A stretch of DNA of 64,000 nucleotides, taken from assembly GCA_036574205.1 (NCBI GenBank), contig JAINCQ010000021.1:18794-82793 (forward strand), read 5' to 3'. The stretch's first letter is position 1. Each line of letters opens with the position of its first letter. Source of the DNA: Elusimicrobiota bacterium. GTDB taxonomy: Bacteria > Elusimicrobiota > Elusimicrobia > Elusimicrobiales > UBA9959. The notes beneath the pieces were generated by a model that saw nothing but the letters and a program-made list of their open reading frames with translations, ran no database searches and was not told the DNA's origin. Made by a program: the position numbers and the translations under genes. Positions 59,974 to 64,000 of the stretch are shown here, one piece after another.

Positions 59974-60019
59974 CATTATCCACAGTTTAAACACGATCGT
60001 GTAAAATTAGTGGATAATG
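59974..60019. repeat. Dispersed ~46-bp palindromic element, copy C
   Basis: CATTATCCAC-AGTTTAA-ACACGATCGTGT-AAAATTA-GTGGATAATG: perfect 10-bp terminal inverted repeat and central palindrome. Confidence 0.9.
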
Positions 60020-60057
60020 GTGAAATTTAAAATATATAAAATATATTGGTTAGAAAT

Positions 60058-60849
60058 ATGAATATAAATATTGTAAGGATAAGAAATGTTTTGCTATTGG
60101 ATAGTTTAAGGGCAATTGATGAAATTATATGGCAGAAGAATTTTAGTATTGGAGTTTTTAAAGGGGCAGGGATGATAATTAAAGGAATTTATAGTATTGA
60201 TGAAAGGGAAATGAGCGATATTGATATATTGGTAGATGAAAAAGATTTGGGTTGTTTTATTGATGAAATAGAAAATATTGGTTTTAAAAAGATTAAGGAT
60301 GGAAGAAACTCATATTATAAGGATATTGGAGAAAAATTTGCCCCACTTATATTTGATGTTCATACTTATTTTTCAAATATTAATTTTAGCGACTTTGAAT
60401 TTGAGACTGTTAAAGAATTTAAAGCTATAAAAGTTTTAACTGATGAATGGCTTTTGATAACAACTGCTGTCCACGGAATAATAAAACATGGTTGTTTCGG
60501 TCAAAGGGATAAATCTGATTTTTTAAAAATATTAAACTATGCAAAGATAAAAGATGGTTTTTTAATAGATAAGGTGATGGAAAAAGCAAATAAAAATAAA
60601 TTAGGATTAATTCTGAAAACGGCTTTTAAAGTCTCTGGAATTGAAATTCAATCAACTCAAAAAAGTCTTAAAGAAATGCTTTCTTTCCCTTTTATATGGC
60701 TTTCTTTTAAAAAACATTTTACATTTAATGAGTATATCCTTCCTTTTTTTTATGATACAAGAAAAGTAGAGGATTTTATAAACTGTAGAGTAGGTTTTAA
60801 GAGGCTTATTAGTATAATTGCAAGAATTATAACAAACAGAGAGAACTAA
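60058..60849 (+). CDS. Nucleotidyltransferase family protein (NTP_transf_5-like)
   Basis: FKG....Y....REMSDIDILV, DVH, H...H; start uncertain (TTG 60046 or ATG 60058). Confidence 0.75.
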   Translation: MNINIVRIRNVLLLDSLRAIDEIIWQKNFSIGVFKGAGMIIKGIYSIDEREMSDIDILVDEKDLGCFIDEIENIGFKKIKDGRNSYYKDIGEKFAPLIFDVHTYFSNINFSDFEFETVKEFKAIKVLTDEWLLITTAVHGIIKHGCFGQRDKSDFLKILNYAKIKDGFLIDKVMEKANKNKLGLILKTAFKVSGIEIQSTQKSLKEMLSFPFIWLSFKKHFTFNEYILPFFYDTRKVEDFINCRVGFKRLISIIARIITNREN

Positions 60850-61198
60850 AATTTATCGCATTATCATATCTTTGAAAATTAAAAATAAGTTTTACTTTAA
60901 TCTTATATTTTTATGGGATGATTTGAAGCAGTTAAGTAAAATTAAAATTTGGATTTAAATAGATAAATTTTTAAAATCTGAGTTTGTTATATTTTATCAT
61001 TGATTTTTCTTATATTTGTGTTATACTATATATAGTAGTATTGAGATGCTACTTTTATGCATATATAATGTAGATTATGAGCTCTCTTAACTATAGCGTT
61101 AAAATAAGACATTAAATCTTTATAAAAATTTTATATAAATAAGATTAATTCAAATAAAGATTTTCTTAATTTTGTTTGTATATTAATAAAAATATTTT

Positions 61199-64000
61199 AT
61201 GAAAAAATATATATTTATAAGTTTATTTCCGTTTTTATTTGAAGTTTTTTCTTTTTCTGAGATACGAATAAAAACAGTTGAGTTTAATTTTGGGGGATAT
61301 TATTCATCAACCAACCTTGGCAGTGCCACTCAATATAATTTTCCAGCAAGATTTATTAAACTGCCTGAAAACTCAAAGGTGATAAGAAGTGCATGGATTG
61401 AGTATGCAGGGCTTGCGGTAAGTGCTGCAAATGTTAATCCTCTGGTTATATATTTTGATGCTGGAACAGTTCCTCAAACAGCGCGCTTTACATCAACTCG
61501 GTATACAACTCAAAGTAGTGAGTCGATCGTTTTAAGCGCAAAGGCGGATGTAACATCTGTTGTATCAGCTCAAGTTAATAATCTTTCATCTGGTGTGAAT
61601 TTTGCCTGTGGCATTAAAATAACCGGTCCAACAAGCAACATCCATACAGTAAAACTTTATATTACATATGAATATGATGATAACTCACCTCTTCAAGTTA
61701 AAACTGTAAGGTTTCCACTTTATTCTGATTGGTCAAATAAAATTGCTTCATATAAAAATCCCAAAGCCCCAGGAACTTCTTCTTTTCAGTATTATGTAGA
61801 TTTACCGGATTTAAATCAAATCTATCAACAGTGGTTTGAAATAACAGGATTTAAGAGACGCATTAATACTACAGCTGGACGGATATATCTTACAATTGAT
61901 GGCGTAAATTATGAGCCAACTATGTATATTGATTCATCACTTGGTGATTCTTTTTATTTTAGGTATATTTCTTCATCAACGGTAGTCCCTGGTTTTTCCA
62001 CTGGAACTTTACAGACGGTAAACATTTATACTGTAAATGATCCAATACATTTTCTTGGTGGTGAGGTTGTAATTACCTATGAGTTTTTAAACTCAGCAGA
62101 TGAAAAGGTTAATACTATTAGAAAATTTGTTGGGCAAAGCGCAGCTGGCACATCTCAAAGTGTTTTTAATACCAAAATATTTTTAAATGAAGAGGACATA
62201 ACCCCACTTGAGGTTTACGCAAAGATAAATGGCAGTAATGATGGAACTGCCACTTCAACAAGTTTTTCAGTAGTCTCATCTTTAGGAGGATATAGTCTTC
62301 AAACTTCAACATATAGCATTTATTATGCTGGTGCTTTGATAAGCGACTGGAAGTTTATATACTCATTAAATAGTGCGATAAATAGTTTTTCAAATGGCGT
62401 TTTATTTTCTTCTACAATCTCAGCAAATACAACTGCTGGTGGTTATGGCATTGAGCTTTTTATAACCTATAAATACAAAAATGATAAAGCTCATACAACA
62501 AACTATGGCGTTTTTGGTGGAAATAATACAGCTATTGCAACTACCTATAACTATACCAACGTTCCTCTTTTTTGGGTTGAAAGTGGAAGTTCAAAGGTTG
62601 TTCAAAGTGGTTATGTTGTTAGTGATATTGTTGCGGCAAATTTAAATGGTGATCAACGAACACGAATTGCTTTTAATTCAAATACTCCCCTTACAATGAC
62701 TCACAGGACAATAAATGAATCCCCAGCAATGTTTCAATTATATGAAAATCTTTCTCAGATAAATCCTTCAACAAATGCATTTACAATAAATTATACAAAT
62801 GCTTCCTCAAGAAATAGTATATTTAATGGCCTGGCTTATATAAATTATCTTTACACACCGCCTCCAAATCTACCTTATAATTTAGTTCAAAAAAGAGATG
62901 ACACTGGTTATGAAATTCCAGTATCAAGCTGGATAAACACAAATTCTGTAAGTTTTTATGCAATGCTTTCAAGTTCAAAAACTTATGATAATTTAGCTTT
63001 ATCGGTTGAATTAAAACCGAACTCAGCTGCTTTTGATGAGTCAAATCTTTCAACATCATCTTTTACTACTTTTAATCGTTATACAAGCACATATGTTGTT
63101 GTTAGCATAAGTTCATCTTCTCTTGTTGAAGGGCTTTATAAATGGCGAGCAAGAAGTATTGGTGATGGTGGAAAGTCTGACTGGATTAAGTTTGCTGCCC
63201 CTTCGTTTGGAGTTGATTTAACAGACCCAGCTTACCCTCCTATGGCTTATATAACCCCAGCGGATAATTCAGCGTTTAACTTTAGTGGAGTTAATTTTTT
63301 ATTTGAAAGTGTAGAGGACAATCTTTCAGGGACAAAAAATTATGAACTTATACTTTCAACTGATGAAAATTTTTCACCTATTTATTTTTCATCAAAACCC
63401 ATCTCTCCATCTGCCTATGCTAATTTGAACGAAGGGAAGTATTTCTGGAAGGTGAGGGTTTATGATAATGCCGGAAATATTGGGCTTTGGTCAAGTACAA
63501 GGAGTTTTATAACTGATATAACCCTTCCCGAGATAATAGATAATCAAAGCGGTGATGATATCTGGATAAGTTCAAACTCAAGGCAGTATGATGTTGATTT
63601 TGAGGATAGTTTATCGTATTTGAATAAGTTTCAAATAAAGATTACAAGTGGTCCTAATCAAACTGGGACAGTTATATACGGTTGGGGTGATGTAGTAACA
63701 AATATAAATCAGCCTTCATACACAGGTTTATGGACTATTCCGCAGGATATATGGGATTTAATCCCGAGTGGGACAAGCTATATAAGTGTAAAAGTTTATG
63801 ACAATGCGAATAATGTTTCTATTTCAACTGATGTTTTTTATGTTTTAAAGGATACTATTTCACCGACAGTTCCTGTTTTAAGTTTACCTGTAAATGGTTC
63901 AAGTGTTAATGTTATGAATGTAAGTTTTAGCTGGAATGCTTCGGTAGATAGTTTAAGTGGGGTAATGGGGTATGAGATAGTTATTTCAACTGATAATAAT
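61199..64000 (+). CDS. Large secreted surface protein with four N-terminal beta-rich modules and FN3/Ig-like repeats; runs off the window and is missing from the ORF track
   Basis: Manually translated: 934 codons with no stop; signal peptide MKKYIFISLFPFLFEVFSFS; repeats with Y.W(R/K), YDNAGN/YDNANN and D.T.P-like linkers. Confidence 0.9.
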   Translation, partial: MKKYIFISLFPFLFEVFSFSEIRIKTVEFNFGGYYSSTNLGSATQYNFPARFIKLPENSKVIRSAWIEYAGLAVSAANVNPLVIYFDAGTVPQTARFTSTRYTTQSSESIVLSAKADVTSVVSAQVNNLSSGVNFACGIKITGPTSNIHTVKLYITYEYDDNSPLQVKTVRFPLYSDWSNKIASYKNPKAPGTSSFQYYVDLPDLNQIYQQWFEITGFKRRINTTAGRIYLTIDGVNYEPTMYIDSSLGDSFYFRYISSSTVVPGFSTGTLQTVNIYTVNDPIHFLGGEVVITYEFLNSADEKVNTIRKFVGQSAAGTSQSVFNTKIFLNEEDITPLEVYAKINGSNDGTATSTSFSVVSSLGGYSLQTSTYSIYYAGALISDWKFIYSLNSAINSFSNGVLFSSTISANTTAGGYGIELFITYKYKNDKAHTTNYGVFGGNNTAIATTYNYTNVPLFWVESGSSKVVQSGYVVSDIVAANLNGDQRTRIAFNSNTPLTMTHRTINESPAMFQLYENLSQINPSTNAFTINYTNASSRNSIFNGLAYINYLYTPPPNLPYNLVQKRDDTGYEIPVSSWINTNSVSFYAMLSSSKTYDNLALSVELKPNSAAFDESNLSTSSFTTFNRYTSTYVVVSISSSSLVEGLYKWRARSIGDGGKSDWIKFAAPSFGVDLTDPAYPPMAYITPADNSAFNFSGVNFLFESVEDNLSGTKNYELILSTDENFSPIYFSSKPISPSAYANLNEGKYFWKVRVYDNAGNIGLWSSTRSFITDITLPEIIDNQSGDDIWISSNSRQYDVDFEDSLSYLNKFQIKITSGPNQTGTVIYGWGDVVTNINQPSYTGLWTIPQDIWDLIPSGTSYISVKVYDNANNVSISTDVFYVLKDTISPTVPVLSLPVNGSSVNVMNVSFSWNASVDSLSGVMGYEIVISTDNN

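Noticed and set aside
19751..60019. Palindromic repeats as a CRISPR array or integron attC sites
   Set aside because: Copies are about 17-23 kb apart with no spacer periodicity, no cas or intI gene is present, they are shorter than typical attC sites, and copy C lacks the AAC/GTT core ends

Overview
AT-rich (roughly 30% GC by eye), gene-dense chromosomal window from a diderm bacterium (BamA, Lnt, secretin, SurA-PdxA). The PorV-like barrel, the standalone SWIB protein and the general gene content suggest Elusimicrobiota, but that is an inference. Contents in order: a 5'-truncated PorV-like barrel; a compact Tad/Flp pilus locus of unusual architecture (two pilins, one missing from the ORF track; TadE; CpaB; a core-only 239-aa secretin; a TadZ-TadA fusion; a TadB with an extra exported domain; TadC; a TPR protein); an orphan histidine kinase; mutL-membrane protein-asnB-trmL; lnt; secA; pyrC/pyrD; an hpf-hprK-rapZ-PTS operon with a GH57 enzyme between the EIIB and EIIC genes; lepA; rpmB; SWIB; ino1-bamA; nfeD-clpC-serine hydrolase-M20 peptidase; two tandem diguanylate cyclases; two PPIases with pdxA; a GYF-domain membrane protein; an ABC-2 pair; mntP; a nucleotidyltransferase; and the first 934 codons of a large secreted repeat protein also absent from the ORF track. 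The strongest non-coding signals are (i) a dispersed ~46-bp palindromic element with compensatory base changes (three full copies plus a half copy), (ii) BoxC-like hairpins nested between two of those copies after lepA, and (iii) 11 operon-leading genes with a -10 hexamer 6-9 nt before the ATG and no Shine-Dalgarno, suggesting widespread leaderless mRNAs. I saw no rRNA, tRNA, CRISPR array, transposase or integrase. All functional calls come from motif recognition, not database searches.
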